From a bacterium (lineage in GTDB: Bacteria > UBA8248), in contig CBDATS010000008.1 in NCBI GenBank assembly GCA_965200245.1, forward strand, positions 192,001 through 256,000: DNA of 64,000 bases. Reading direction: 5' to 3'. A model generated the notes under the pieces. That model searched no databases. It had not been told where the DNA came from and was given only the letters and a program-made list of their open reading frames with translations. The position numbers and the translations under genes are program-made. Within the stretch, counting starts at the first letter, position 1. Each line of letters starts with the position of its first letter. Positions 51,643 through 61,080 of the stretch are shown here, one piece after another.

Positions 51643-51729
51643 GCTCTCTCCTTGGTCTGGTTTCAGTTTGCCGAAACGCCGTGCGCGATGAGGTTTACGC
51701 CATACATCTCTTACTGACCTCCCCGCTAT

Positions 51730-51810
51730 TCACTTCAGGGTCCCGCGTGCGTCCACCATTTCGAATTCCGGGTGTTCGAACACACTGCCCTCGGCATCCA
51801 CGACCACCAT
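51730..51810 (-). pseudogene. short 5' gene remnant
   Basis: (QPPL)MVVVDAEGSVFEHPEFEMVDARG-stop, protein-like. Resembles N-termini of an uncharacterised radical SAM family (from memory). Confidence 0.4.
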
Positions 51811-52043
51811 TAGTGGGGGCTGGTTTTTGCCTCCACAAAAGAGGAGTGTACCCGAGAGTCTTCGCTTTGTTCTGCACTCCTCGAACCAAGGTGATAACCT
51901 AGCAGAACTCGACCTCTCGTCGCCAGCTTGCAGACCTTGCCAGCAGCCTTTGGTTTCGCAATACTTGCAGTTTCTCCCCGTACATGGGATGGGGTTTCTT
52001 TTTGCAAAACGAATCGTGATCGCACAAAACGGAGGACGCCCAC

Positions 52044-52874
52044 GTGAGTCCCGAAGAACAACTTTCTAGAGTCGCTTTGGTGATATCGGAAACCCAGCGC
52101 CTCTCTGCTTTATGGCGAGCTTTTTCGGACGTACGCTGGGAAATGGATACGTTCTGCCCCGGCTGGCGGGCGCGCCATGCGGTCTCCCATCTGGTGACTG
52201 GAGGCGATTTCTACGCGAACTCTATTCGCCGGGCACTGGAAGGTCTGCCGCCCGAACCTCCCTATGGGAGCAACGTGAAGGAATTTTTCGCCATCCGCGC
52301 CGCCAAGGGCGAGGAACTCATGGCCCTGCCCAGGGACGAGATGATGGATGCTTTCGACGTCTCGGCCGCGAAAGTGAACGACGCGCTTTCGGGCATCACC
52401 GCCAGCGATCTCGGCAAGCTCGGTTTCCATCCCCGGGGCCTCACGCGGCTCGATGCCTGGATCGGGCTGCGCCTCGTCGAACTCGTGGCGCACGACTGGG
52501 ACGTCCGCTATGGTGAAGACGCGGAGGCCTGCGTTTCCGCTGAGGGCGTGGAGGGGATCATGACCTTCTTGCCGGAGAGCCAGAGCCGCCTTTTCGGCGT
52601 CCGTGAGAACCCGCCGTTCGATGGGCGTTTCCTCTTCCGCTCCAAAATGCCCGATCGCACCTGGACGCTCACTGTCGCCGGTGAGAAGGCGGAAGAATCC
52701 GCTCACACGTCCGGTACGCACGACGCCATAATCACGACGGACGGCGAGGCGCACTTCCTTTTGCTTTACGGGCGCGCAAAGCGCGATGCCATGGAAGCCG
52801 CAGGCCGCCTGACGATAGAAGGCGACGCGGAACTGGCGAGCCAACTTTTGTGCGTTTTGTATACGAATTATTGA
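52044..52874 (+). CDS. maleylpyruvate isomerase N-terminal/DinB-superfamily protein with C-terminal SCP2-like domain
   Basis: TFCPGWRARHAVSHL and RLVELVAHDWDV; C-terminal LLYGR...GRLTIEGD. Confidence 0.85.
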   Translation: MSPEEQLSRVALVISETQRLSALWRAFSDVRWEMDTFCPGWRARHAVSHLVTGGDFYANSIRRALEGLPPEPPYGSNVKEFFAIRAAKGEELMALPRDEMMDAFDVSAAKVNDALSGITASDLGKLGFHPRGLTRLDAWIGLRLVELVAHDWDVRYGEDAEACVSAEGVEGIMTFLPESQSRLFGVRENPPFDGRFLFRSKMPDRTWTLTVAGEKAEESAHTSGTHDAIITTDGEAHFLLLYGRAKRDAMEAAGRLTIEGDAELASQLLCVLYTNY

Positions 52875-52896
52875 TTCGAAGAGGAGAAAGACTCCA

Positions 52897-53790
52897 ATGT
52901 CGCCGATAGCGAAAGTCGATGGTTACGTCTATTATCCGGGGAGCCAGACGCGTATCGACGCCATGCGCCCCGCCGATCCGGAGAAAACCCCTTGGACGCC
53001 GTTGCCGAAGCCGCTCTCTGAATGTAAGGTCACCCTCGTTTCCACGGCAGGTATACTCATGAAGGGAGATGTCTCCTTCGACTACGAGCGTGAGTGGCGC
53101 GAGCCGCACTGGGGGGACCCCACCCACCGCGAGATTCCCAAAACGGCCGCTCAGGATGATTGCGAATACTCGCACCTGCACATCAATACCGAGTATTTGA
53201 AAAAAGACAGAAACGTGGCGTTCCCGGTGGATATTTTCTTGGGCTACGAGCGCGAAGGGAAAATCGGCGCGCTGGCCGACACCCTCTACTCCACGATGGG
53301 CTATACGCCCAACTTCCATCCCCTGCTCAAGAAGACGGCTCCTCTCATGGCTGAGAAGATGCATTCAGAAGGCGTGGATGCTGCGTTACTCATCCCCGTC
53401 TGACCGCTTTGCATGCGGTCCGTGAGCCTGCTGCAAAGAAAACTTGAAGAATTGGGAATTGCCACCGTCTCGATATGCAACCAGCCGGAAGTCTCGGAGA
53501 AGGTCTGCGTGCCGAGAGCGGTCTTTATCCAGTATCCCTTCGGGCGCATGCTGGGAGACGTGGGTGACAGAGGCGGCCAGCGCGCGGTTTGCGATGACAT
53601 GTGCGCACATTTGCAAGAAGCCACCGGTCCGAACGCTTACCGGCATCTCTCGCACGAGTGGCCCGAACCGCCCGAGGAAACCCAGTGGAAACCGCTTACG
53701 CCAGCACCCATGCATGTCCTGCGTAACAACGGCACGGCGCCCAAAGGACTCGCCCACTATCAAGACGATGAGCGCCCTGATTTGACTTAA
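52897..53790 (+). CDS. PrdB/GrdB-like (glycine/sarcosine/betaine/D-proline reductase component B family) selenoprotein (TGA 53401-53403 = Sec)
   Basis: PWTPLPKPLSECKVTLVSTAG...DRNVAFP...GVDAALLIPV-TGA-PLCMRSVSLLQRKLEELGIATVSI...VPRAVFIQYPFGRMLG; the two ORFs are in frame and give UxxC. Confidence 0.9.
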
Positions 53791-53853
53791 GCGTTCCGTA
53801 TCGGTTCCGGCGCGGACCATGTTGTAAGGGCAGGTTGTGAACTGTCTCTATGA

Positions 53854-54189
53854 CTAGAACAAACGACCGCCGATGCGCGCGCCCTTGTCGTCGGGTGCGA
53901 TGAGCACTACCTCGCCCCGCTCATCCGGAACACCGAGAGTCAGGACTTCGGACATGAACGGCCCGATCTGTCTCGGCGGAAAGTTCACCACGGCGAGTAC
54001 GAGTTTTCCTTCGAGTTCTTCTTTCGTGTAGAGCGCGACAATCTGCGCGGAGGATTTCCTGATTCCCAACTCTTCGCCGAAATCGATCCAAAGCTTATAG
54101 GCCGGTTTTCTCGCCTCGGGAAAATCCGCCGCCTTAATGACGCGCCCCAGGCGGACATCCAGCTTGTCGAAATCCTCCATCGTCGCCAC
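53854..54189 (-). CDS. csaA: tRNA-binding/export chaperone CsaA
   Basis: FPEARKPAYKLWIDFG, KSSAQI and VVNFPPRQIGPFMSEVLTLG. Confidence 0.95.
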   Translation of the reverse strand: MATMEDFDKLDVRLGRVIKAADFPEARKPAYKLWIDFGEELGIRKSSAQIVALYTKEELEGKLVLAVVNFPPRQIGPFMSEVLTLGVPDERGEVVLIAPDDKGARIGGRLF

Positions 54190-54231
54190 TTTCGTTTTTC
54201 TCCTTGGTCGTCGTGTGTCGGAGTACTCTGG

Positions 54232-55125
54232 TTAATCTATTGGCTCTCCTTGTGTTCTTTCCATCTCCAGAATTTCTGCGCGCAACTTTTGCGTGATGGG
54301 GCCGGGGGCGGGAATGCTCCGCCCGTCCACCTCGGCTACCGCGTGCACCCGGCTGAAGGATGAGGTGAGAAAACATTCATCCGCCGTGTAGAGGTCATAG
54401 AGCGTTAGGTCGGCCTCTTCTGCAGGGAGCCCCACTTCGGAGGCGATTTCGAGCACGACTTTTCGGGTGATTCCGTCGAGCACGTTGTGAGCCTTGGGCG
54501 TCTTGAGCATGCCGTCTTTTCCGATGAAGATGTTTTCTCCTGGCGCTTCCGCCACGAAGCCACGAATGTCGAGCAGAATCGCCTCATCGAAACCCGATTC
54601 CACGGCTTCTATTCTTGCCATTACGTTGTTCAGGTAGTTGAGCGATTTCACGCGCGCCTCGAAGGATTCCGAGGGTACCTTGCGAACGCCCGCCGTCTTG
54701 AGGCGAAGGCCCGCTCCCTTCGCCCTGTAGCTCGAACCTGTTTCCGCCGGCGGTGCAGGGTCGTGCAAAAGCACGGCGAGCGTCGCTTTCTCCGTCACTC
54801 TCGGGTCGAGCAGGGGATAACCTGCACCGCGTGAAATGACGACGCGAAGATACACGTCATCCACGCCGGAGCGCTGGACGCATTCCTTAACGACGCCTGC
54901 GATTCGTTCGCGCGATTCGGGCAGTTCCAGCTTAAGGGCGCGCGCCGAGCGTTCCATGCGGTCCAGGTGATCCTGAAACCGGAAGATGCGCCGGTTCGTC
55001 ACCGTCATCGACTCGAACAGGCCGTCCCCGTAGAGAAACCCGTGGTCGAAGGCGGAAACCTTGGCCTCATCTGTTACGGTAAATTTGCCGTTCACGTAGC
55101 AGATATAGGACACGGTGTTACCCAT
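54232..55125 (-). CDS. class IV aminotransferase (branched-chain/D-amino acid)
   Basis: DHGFLYGDGLFE, KSLNYLNN, EAPGENIF, LDGITR and ADECFLT. Confidence 0.92.
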   Translation of the reverse strand: MGNTVSYICYVNGKFTVTDEAKVSAFDHGFLYGDGLFESMTVTNRRIFRFQDHLDRMERSARALKLELPESRERIAGVVKECVQRSGVDDVYLRVVISRGAGYPLLDPRVTEKATLAVLLHDPAPPAETGSSYRAKGAGLRLKTAGVRKVPSESFEARVKSLNYLNNVMARIEAVESGFDEAILLDIRGFVAEAPGENIFIGKDGMLKTPKAHNVLDGITRKVVLEIASEVGLPAEEADLTLYDLYTADECFLTSSFSRVHAVAEVDGRSIPAPGPITQKLRAEILEMERTQGEPID

Positions 55126-56014
55126 CCCTTTTCGCGACTTCAAGAATAGCGGCGGCGAAAGTTTCCGGCTTCTCTCGCTGGACGAAGTGCCCAGCGCCCT
55201 CCACCAGAACCCTATGGTATCCACCGGTGAAATACTGCTCTTTACCCTCGGAACTCTCCGGCCGTGACGCCCCGTCCTCGGCACCTTGAATAAGAACTGT
55301 CGGCACCGATATGTCCGGCAGGCCCGTCATGAAGCTTTCCGCGTCCTCATACCTGGGATCGGGCGTTTCATACCCCCAGCGGTAGCGATAGGAGTGCAGC
55401 ACGACCTCCACGAAGTCCGGGTTTTCGAAAGAACGCGCGGTGGCTGCATATTCCGCATCTGAAAAATCCCAGCCCGGCGACCATGTCCTCCAGAGTTCGC
55501 GGCAAAAACCGGCGGCATCCTCCTCAAGCGCATCGCGGCCCCTGTCGGTGCAGAAAAACCACTGGTACCAGTATGCGCGCACCTGATCGATCGGCATCCG
55601 CTGCTGGGGGCGTCCCGTGCCGTAGCCTGCGGGACTTACGATGAGAGCATTCAGACGCTTGGGACGCATGGCGGCTACGCAGTAAGAAGCCCGTGCGCCC
55701 CAGTCGTGCCCCACGAGGGTGAAGCGATCGAGTTCCAGCGCGTCGGCGAAAGCGGTGATGTCGGAGGCAAGCGCCGTGTACTGTGCGCTTCTCGGTGTGG
55801 TGGGATCAAGGAAACGCGTAGGGCCGAATCCCCGCACATAGGGACAAAGCGTCCTGAAGCCCGCGTCGTTCAAGATGGGAGTGATGCGGTCCCACGTCCG
55901 AATGTCGTCCGGGAAGCCGTGCACCAGAATGGCGGGCGAGGCTGTCTCGTCGCCCACCTCTTCATAGCCGATTTCGAGCGCAGGAATCTGAATCGATTTG
56001 AGCGCACCTGGCAT
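55118..56014 (-). CDS. alpha/beta hydrolase (epoxide-hydrolase-like)
   Basis: LVHGFPD, VGHDWGA, YWYQWFF and GAGHFVQRE. Confidence 0.92.
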   Translation of the reverse strand: MPGALKSIQIPALEIGYEEVGDETASPAILVHGFPDDIRTWDRITPILNDAGFRTLCPYVRGFGPTRFLDPTTPRSAQYTALASDITAFADALELDRFTLVGHDWGARASYCVAAMRPKRLNALIVSPAGYGTGRPQQRMPIDQVRAYWYQWFFCTDRGRDALEEDAAGFCRELWRTWSPGWDFSDAEYAATARSFENPDFVEVVLHSYRYRWGYETPDPRYEDAESFMTGLPDISVPTVLIQGAEDGASRPESSEGKEQYFTGGYHRVLVEGAGHFVQREKPETFAAAILEVAKRDG

Positions 56015-56034
56015 CTCGGTTTTTCAACCCTCAC

Positions 56035-56778
56035 TCAGATTGCGCACCAACCGTCGTCCACGATCAGGTCGAGGCCGTGCACCGCGCTTGCGTCGTCAGA
56101 CGCAAGGAACAACGCAGCACCTGCCATCTCCGCCGTGGTGATATAGGCCCGGCCTGTGGGCGTGTAGCTCGCCATGAGCTTCACGAATTCCGGGTCGTCC
56201 TGCAGGTGCTGGTTGAGTGGCGTGGCCGTGTTGCCCGGCGAGATGCAGTTCACGTTGATGCCGCACTTGGATATCTCCGCCGCCAGTGCGCGCGTGATCA
56301 TGTAGACCCCGCCCTTGCTCGCGCAGTAGGGGACCGCGTTGGGAAAGGCATGCGTCGCGGCGATGGAGGCCATAAAGATGATCTTTCCGTATTTCTTCTC
56401 TTTCATGATGGGCACGATGGCCTGCGAGAGCAGGAAATTGCCTTTGAGGTTGATGTCGATGATGTCGTCCCATTCCTGTTCGCTGTAACCCTCGAGTTCC
56501 TTGTTGATCATGATGCCGTGGTTACCGACAAGTATGTCTACAGTACCGAACGTGCTCACCACGTCCGCCACCATAACGTCAACCGCCGACTTGACCGACA
56601 CATCGCACGGAAACGCCTGGGCCGTATCGCCTATCTCCGCCGCCAGAGCTTCTCCTTTTTCCGCCGTGCGGTTCACGATGGCGACCCTCGCGCCTTCTTC
56701 CGCGAAGCGGCGGCAGATAGCCTCGCCGATTCCCTGCGAGCCGCCCGTGACGATGGCGACCTTGTCCTTTAGCTTCAT
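56035..56778 (-). CDS. short-chain dehydrogenase/reductase
   Basis: TGGSQGIG, YCASKGG and NCISPG. Confidence 0.95.
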   Translation of the reverse strand: MKLKDKVAIVTGGSQGIGEAICRRFAEEGARVAIVNRTAEKGEALAAEIGDTAQAFPCDVSVKSAVDVMVADVVSTFGTVDILVGNHGIMINKELEGYSEQEWDDIIDINLKGNFLLSQAIVPIMKEKKYGKIIFMASIAATHAFPNAVPYCASKGGVYMITRALAAEISKCGINVNCISPGNTATPLNQHLQDDPEFVKLMASYTPTGRAYITTAEMAGAALFLASDDASAVHGLDLIVDDGWCAI

Positions 56779-57074
56779 GGGCGTCACCTCCCTTAACGCA
56801 ACGAAAAAAGAAAAAATATTTACCGCTCATGATACCGCCGTTTTGGTAGAGAGGAAAGAGGTGCCTCTGGAGGGGTGGGATTTTTGGGATGGAGATAAAC
56901 TGAATTTTGGAAAGTCTCTTTTTGGAGGCACTATTCATATATATGCCACTAAAAAAAGGATTAAATACTTTTTAATTACAGCAAAATGTATCTTGTGACA
57001 TTTATTTTTAGGACATATATTGATTGTATTGGTGTTTCGATTTGGTGAAGGCGAGCATTGAAGGAGGTATTGGT

Positions 57075-58061
57075 ATGAGGACCGTGCATCCGGAAACTTT
57101 GAAAATCTTGCGTAAGAAGATGGGCTTGAGTCAGGAGGGGTTGGCAGAGGCATCGAAGGTCTCGAAAAAGACGATTGCCCGCATTGAAACCAGAAAAGGA
57201 GGGAAAACGCGGGCAAGTACAGTGGATGAACTTGCCAAGGCTCTGCGCGTCAAGCCCGAAAAATTGGGAAAGGAACCAGACCACGAAGCGATGCATAATG
57301 AGGAACTCCGAATAAAGTATGGTTGGGGCGTAGTAAACATTAGGCTCGATGGTGAAACCCTGATCGCTTACGACTTGGTAGCGGCACAGTATGGGGTTCA
57401 CATGCTGAACGTCATCAATGCGGCGCCGTTGCTCTTCACACTTCTTGCGGAGATGAGCTTGGCCGAACGCCGCCGCCGCTCTCAAGAAGTAAAGCTGGCT
57501 TTGGAAGACTTTTCGCCAGCTCTTGTGGAGTTCTATTCAAACACCGACAAATATCTTGAAGATTATATTACCGAGTATGAGGACAGTACCAGTTTCGATG
57601 TCGTCATGCCTGCTCTGCTCGACGATTTACAGCGCTCGGGTTTAAATCGTCGTTTCGACCTGTTTTCGTATGGCATGGACGGAATGTTTGAAAATTATAT
57701 TGAAGGCAACCCTTTTGAGAATTTCTTAAAGCGATTAGCCAAGGAAGTGGGTTCCAACAATGACGCGCTTAATCCCGAAGAAATCGAGTTCGACCTCAAT
57801 ACCTATCATAGTAGCACCTCTCTTTTTGCAACATTTCGAAAAAACCTCACAGGCCGTTCTAGGCGTGCTGATTTCGCATTGTCCAGAGGATATGTCCGCA
57901 TCCATCAAATTCCCAAAGATCTATTAGGCGATGACGCCGAGCCCGAGCGCGTGAAATGGCTGGAGGCAAAAGTGCCTGATGGAGATTGGGATGAATATGA
58001 GAAAGTGAAGACAGTTATCGATACCCTTAGATCTCGTATGAAAGGAGACGGAAATGTTTGA
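57075..58061 (+). CDS. XRE-family HTH protein with long uncharacterised C-terminal region
   Basis: AAGGAGG RBS; LKILRKKMGLSQEGLAEASKVSKKTIARIE...LAKALRV. Confidence 0.85.
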   Translation: MRTVHPETLKILRKKMGLSQEGLAEASKVSKKTIARIETRKGGKTRASTVDELAKALRVKPEKLGKEPDHEAMHNEELRIKYGWGVVNIRLDGETLIAYDLVAAQYGVHMLNVINAAPLLFTLLAEMSLAERRRRSQEVKLALEDFSPALVEFYSNTDKYLEDYITEYEDSTSFDVVMPALLDDLQRSGLNRRFDLFSYGMDGMFENYIEGNPFENFLKRLAKEVGSNNDALNPEEIEFDLNTYHSSTSLFATFRKNLTGRSRRADFALSRGYVRIHQIPKDLLGDDAEPERVKWLEAKVPDGDWDEYEKVKTVIDTLRSRMKGDGNV

Positions 58062-58422
58062 ATACGAGATATCCAAACATGCTATGACCCGCATGAGCCA
58101 GCGAGGGGTTCAGGATGAGGACATCGAGTTGGTCCTGATGTGCGGGACGCAAATCGGCCCCGACGAGTGGCTAATGAAGCAGAAGGATGCGAATCGCGAA
58201 ATCGCCAAACGTGAGCGCGTGATCCAGCGGCTGAAAAAGGAATTTTCAAGGGTGCGGGCCATAGATCGCCGGATTGTCGATATCAAGCGCGAGATACAGA
58301 AGATTGAAAGGCTGAGCCGCAAGCAACTCAAAGTCGTCACTATAGGCGGCATGATTCTCACCTGCTATTCGTCCAGCCGCGCGGACCTGAGGCGGACGCT
58401 GTTCAGAAGGAGGGCTTCGTAA
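58054..58422 (+). CDS. DUF4258-like small basic protein
   Basis: ISKHAMTRMSQRGVQDEDIELVL.CG...VVTIGGMILTCY pattern; overlaps the HTH gene stop. Confidence 0.7.
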   Translation: MFEYEISKHAMTRMSQRGVQDEDIELVLMCGTQIGPDEWLMKQKDANREIAKRERVIQRLKKEFSRVRAIDRRIVDIKREIQKIERLSRKQLKVVTIGGMILTCYSSSRADLRRTLFRRRAS

Positions 58423-58619
58423 TGGCTGTGAAAACACTATTGGTGATAACTCTATTAGCAGTTGGTGCACTGTTCAATGAAATGCTAATGACCTTCATCA
58501 TTCAGGCAGTCGTCGGTATCCTTTGCGCTGTCGGAGTGTTCGCCGCTCTAGCTATCCTTCAAGTTGTTGCGGACTGGAGTTATAAGTACTTCAGAGGTAA
58601 GGAGTACGAAAGGAGATAG
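58422..58619 (+). CDS. small two-helix membrane protein
   Basis: TAATG coupling; two hydrophobic stretches and a basic C-terminus. Confidence 0.6.
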   Translation: MAVKTLLVITLLAVGALFNEMLMTFIIQAVVGILCAVGVFAALAILQVVADWSYKYFRGKEYERR

Positions 58620-58727
58620 AAGGTTAACTCCACCCTTTCCAGAAATTGTAACGAGTGGCTCTTAAAACTACATGTTGACTCCAGTGAATGGAGTTTCTAA
58701 TTCTCGTTTGCTTTTCACAGAGAGAAA

Positions 58728-59219
58728 ATGTTCGTGCCCCTCAGCGAAGAGACGGTCGCCGAGCTTGTGAAGCGGCGGAAATCGCCAGAAGAGTCCCTGG
58801 ACCATATCATATCGAGGCTTCTTGCGAATTCGGAACCGGAAGAAGCCGTGGAAGCGGTTACGCCTCCGCCTTCCCGGAAACTGCGCCTTGTCGAGAAATA
58901 CACGGTCGAGATCCTTGACTATCCGGTTGGGGCAAACAGCCTCGGCAAGCTGCAGGCAAACGTGGTTGATGCGGTTTGTGAACTCGACCCCGATGTGGTG
59001 GAGAGGTTGGCGACCATGAAGGCGCGGGAACGGAGATATGTGGCGCGATCGCGCGATGGTGTTCACCTGAGCAGCCCGCACCTTCCAGTGCTCAGGACGC
59101 ATTCGGGATGGTACGTAAGCAAGAATGTTGGCCGAGAGGACGTAAAGCGCTTTCTCAAGGCGTTGTGTGTGGCCACGGGCCTTGAATTTGGCACCGACAT
59201 CCGTTTCGGTACAATCTAG
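58728..59219 (+). CDS. SeqA-like protein (RHH N-terminus + SeqA-C-like domain)
   Basis: ESLDHIISRLL N-terminal ribbon-helix-helix; RERRYVARS...GWYVSKNVG...LKALC C-terminus, compared by eye to SeqA. Confidence 0.5.
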   Translation: MFVPLSEETVAELVKRRKSPEESLDHIISRLLANSEPEEAVEAVTPPPSRKLRLVEKYTVEILDYPVGANSLGKLQANVVDAVCELDPDVVERLATMKARERRYVARSRDGVHLSSPHLPVLRTHSGWYVSKNVGREDVKRFLKALCVATGLEFGTDIRFGTI

Positions 59220-59266
59220 GATTGGATTCAGGGAGGGTATCTCACGCGGCGTTCGAGGATATTCCC

Positions 59267-61069
59267 CTAGGCTCCCCTCAACTCTTCGCGGCGAGCCACC
59301 GTGGCCACATCGTCCACCTCGCCGTTCTCGTTGAGGGCGACGCCGTAGATATCGAAGGCGCGCTCTTTGGTGATCCACTTCTCCTCCACATCCTCGCGCA
59401 CCTTCTCAACGGGCCTCTCGTGCGGCGGGCCGTAACCGCCCCCGCCCGTGCAGTAAGACGCCACGTTCTCGCCGGGTTTCAGGATGATGTCCGCACAGGC
59501 GGGGAGATCTTCCAGTGAGCCGTCCTCGCGCATGAGGAAGTTCTGGCAGACAGCTCCGTTCAGCCCGCCCAGGGTTCCCTTCGAGGCGTTTATCGCGCCG
59601 TCCGACACGTAGACGACTTCGAGGTTTCCCCCGCCCACGGGGCCGTATTCGCAATAGCCTGAAGGCGCGCCTGTCGTCCTGCCGGCGCCCTCGGTGTCGG
59701 GCATGAGACGTCTCGTCTTGATGTAGATGGGGAAGTGAAGTTCGTCCAGTTCGATGCTGTCCACGAAGCACATGCCCGCGTTGCCCGCGTGGAGGATGGT
59801 GAGCCAGGCGTCGGTCTTGCCGGCGCCCGCGCCGCCGGTAACCATCAGAAAGAGATGGTTCACGAAGGGTTCGTTGTCGTTTCTCGGGTCGAAGCCCGAG
59901 ATGACGCCCATCGAGGCAGGAAAAATCGGCCCGCATTCCGCGAGGCCGATGCCGTCCTGAATCTTCGAGAACGCGCGCTGCACGGGATTCGTCACGCGGT
60001 CGGCGAGGTTGGTGGTGGCCACGGACATCGAAGTGGGGTGCTTGCCGCCTCCCGCAACGGAACCCTCTCGAATCAGTACGTTGATACGCCGGAAACTGCC
60101 CGCGTTCGTGGGCACGATATCGTCGATGCTGTTGAACACACCTATCATCGCGCCGGTGCGCGCGCAGGCCTCGCTCAGGTTCAAGCCACAGGGCATGGCG
60201 TCCGGATTGTCGCGCAAGTCCACCTCGATGGTGGCCTTCTTGTTGTCGATCCGCACGTGCGCGGCAATGGGAATTCCCTCTTCCGGCGTACCGGGCACGG
60301 GATCGTGCGTGCTGTGGGCAGTGGCCTCGCCAGTGGGGAGTTTTTTGATGGCGGAGATCATGAGCTTCTCGCTGTAGTCGAACCATTCTTTCGAGAAATC
60401 GTGAAGCGTCTCCCAGCCGTATTCATCCCCCATGGCGAGTACCTCGCGCTCGCCGATTCGGGCAGCGCCGATCATGGCGAGGTAATCGCCGTACCACTGC
60501 TCGGGCACGCGGATGCGCATCCGGCAGAAGTTGATGAAGTCCTCGTTGTCCTTGCAGTTCTCCTGTACCTTGGTGGGCGGGAAGATGAGTGCACCTTCTT
60601 CATACACGTCGCGCGCGTGGCCCATGTAGGTTGTGGGTTGACTGCATCCGCAATCCGCTTGGTGAGCCTTCACCCACACGGTGAACTGATGTTCTCCCTT
60701 CTTGTCGATGACGGGCACGAGGATGGTATGATCCGCCGGGTGCGAGCAGCCGTGGTAGGGCGAGTTGTGAAGATACGCATCGCCGCGTTTCAGGTTGGGG
60801 TGCAGGTCCATCATTGAGCGGGCCATCAGGTCCGCCCCGCTCAGGTGGTGAATGGGCAGGGATTCCGCACCCGTTAGCAGTTCACATTCGCGCGTCACGA
60901 CAGAAGTGGAAAAATCGCGTGCCAGGTTCAGCACACCGGAACGGCCCGTACGCAGGAGCGTGTTCGCCATTTTGGTGGTCACGGCGTCGAAGCGCTTGTG
61001 CAGTACCGCGAGGGTGATGGGGTCTAATTTCGGTTTTCGTTTCGCGCGTCTCGTTTTTGCTCTCGCCAT
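59267..61069 (-). CDS. hydantoinase B/5-oxoprolinase family protein
   Basis: LDPITLAV, ARDFS, NSPYHGCSHPAD, AHQADCG, EGAGRTTG and TGGGGYG. Confidence 0.93.
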   Translation of the reverse strand: MARAKTRRAKRKPKLDPITLAVLHKRFDAVTTKMANTLLRTGRSGVLNLARDFSTSVVTRECELLTGAESLPIHHLSGADLMARSMMDLHPNLKRGDAYLHNSPYHGCSHPADHTILVPVIDKKGEHQFTVWVKAHQADCGCSQPTTYMGHARDVYEEGALIFPPTKVQENCKDNEDFINFCRMRIRVPEQWYGDYLAMIGAARIGEREVLAMGDEYGWETLHDFSKEWFDYSEKLMISAIKKLPTGEATAHSTHDPVPGTPEEGIPIAAHVRIDNKKATIEVDLRDNPDAMPCGLNLSEACARTGAMIGVFNSIDDIVPTNAGSFRRINVLIREGSVAGGGKHPTSMSVATTNLADRVTNPVQRAFSKIQDGIGLAECGPIFPASMGVISGFDPRNDNEPFVNHLFLMVTGGAGAGKTDAWLTILHAGNAGMCFVDSIELDELHFPIYIKTRRLMPDTEGAGRTTGAPSGYCEYGPVGGGNLEVVYVSDGAINASKGTLGGLNGAVCQNFLMREDGSLEDLPACADIILKPGENVASYCTGGGGYGPPHERPVEKVREDVEEKWITKERAFDIYGVALNENGEVDDVATVARREELRGA

Positions 61070-61080
61070 ATCCTGTGCTC

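Noticed and set aside
51700-52010. Possible structured ncRNA (tmRNA/6S-like; contains TCCACCA and GGGGGC)
   Set aside because: No T-arm/acceptor pairing or tag ORF; the minus strand is better explained as a short protein-coding remnant plus divergent promoters.
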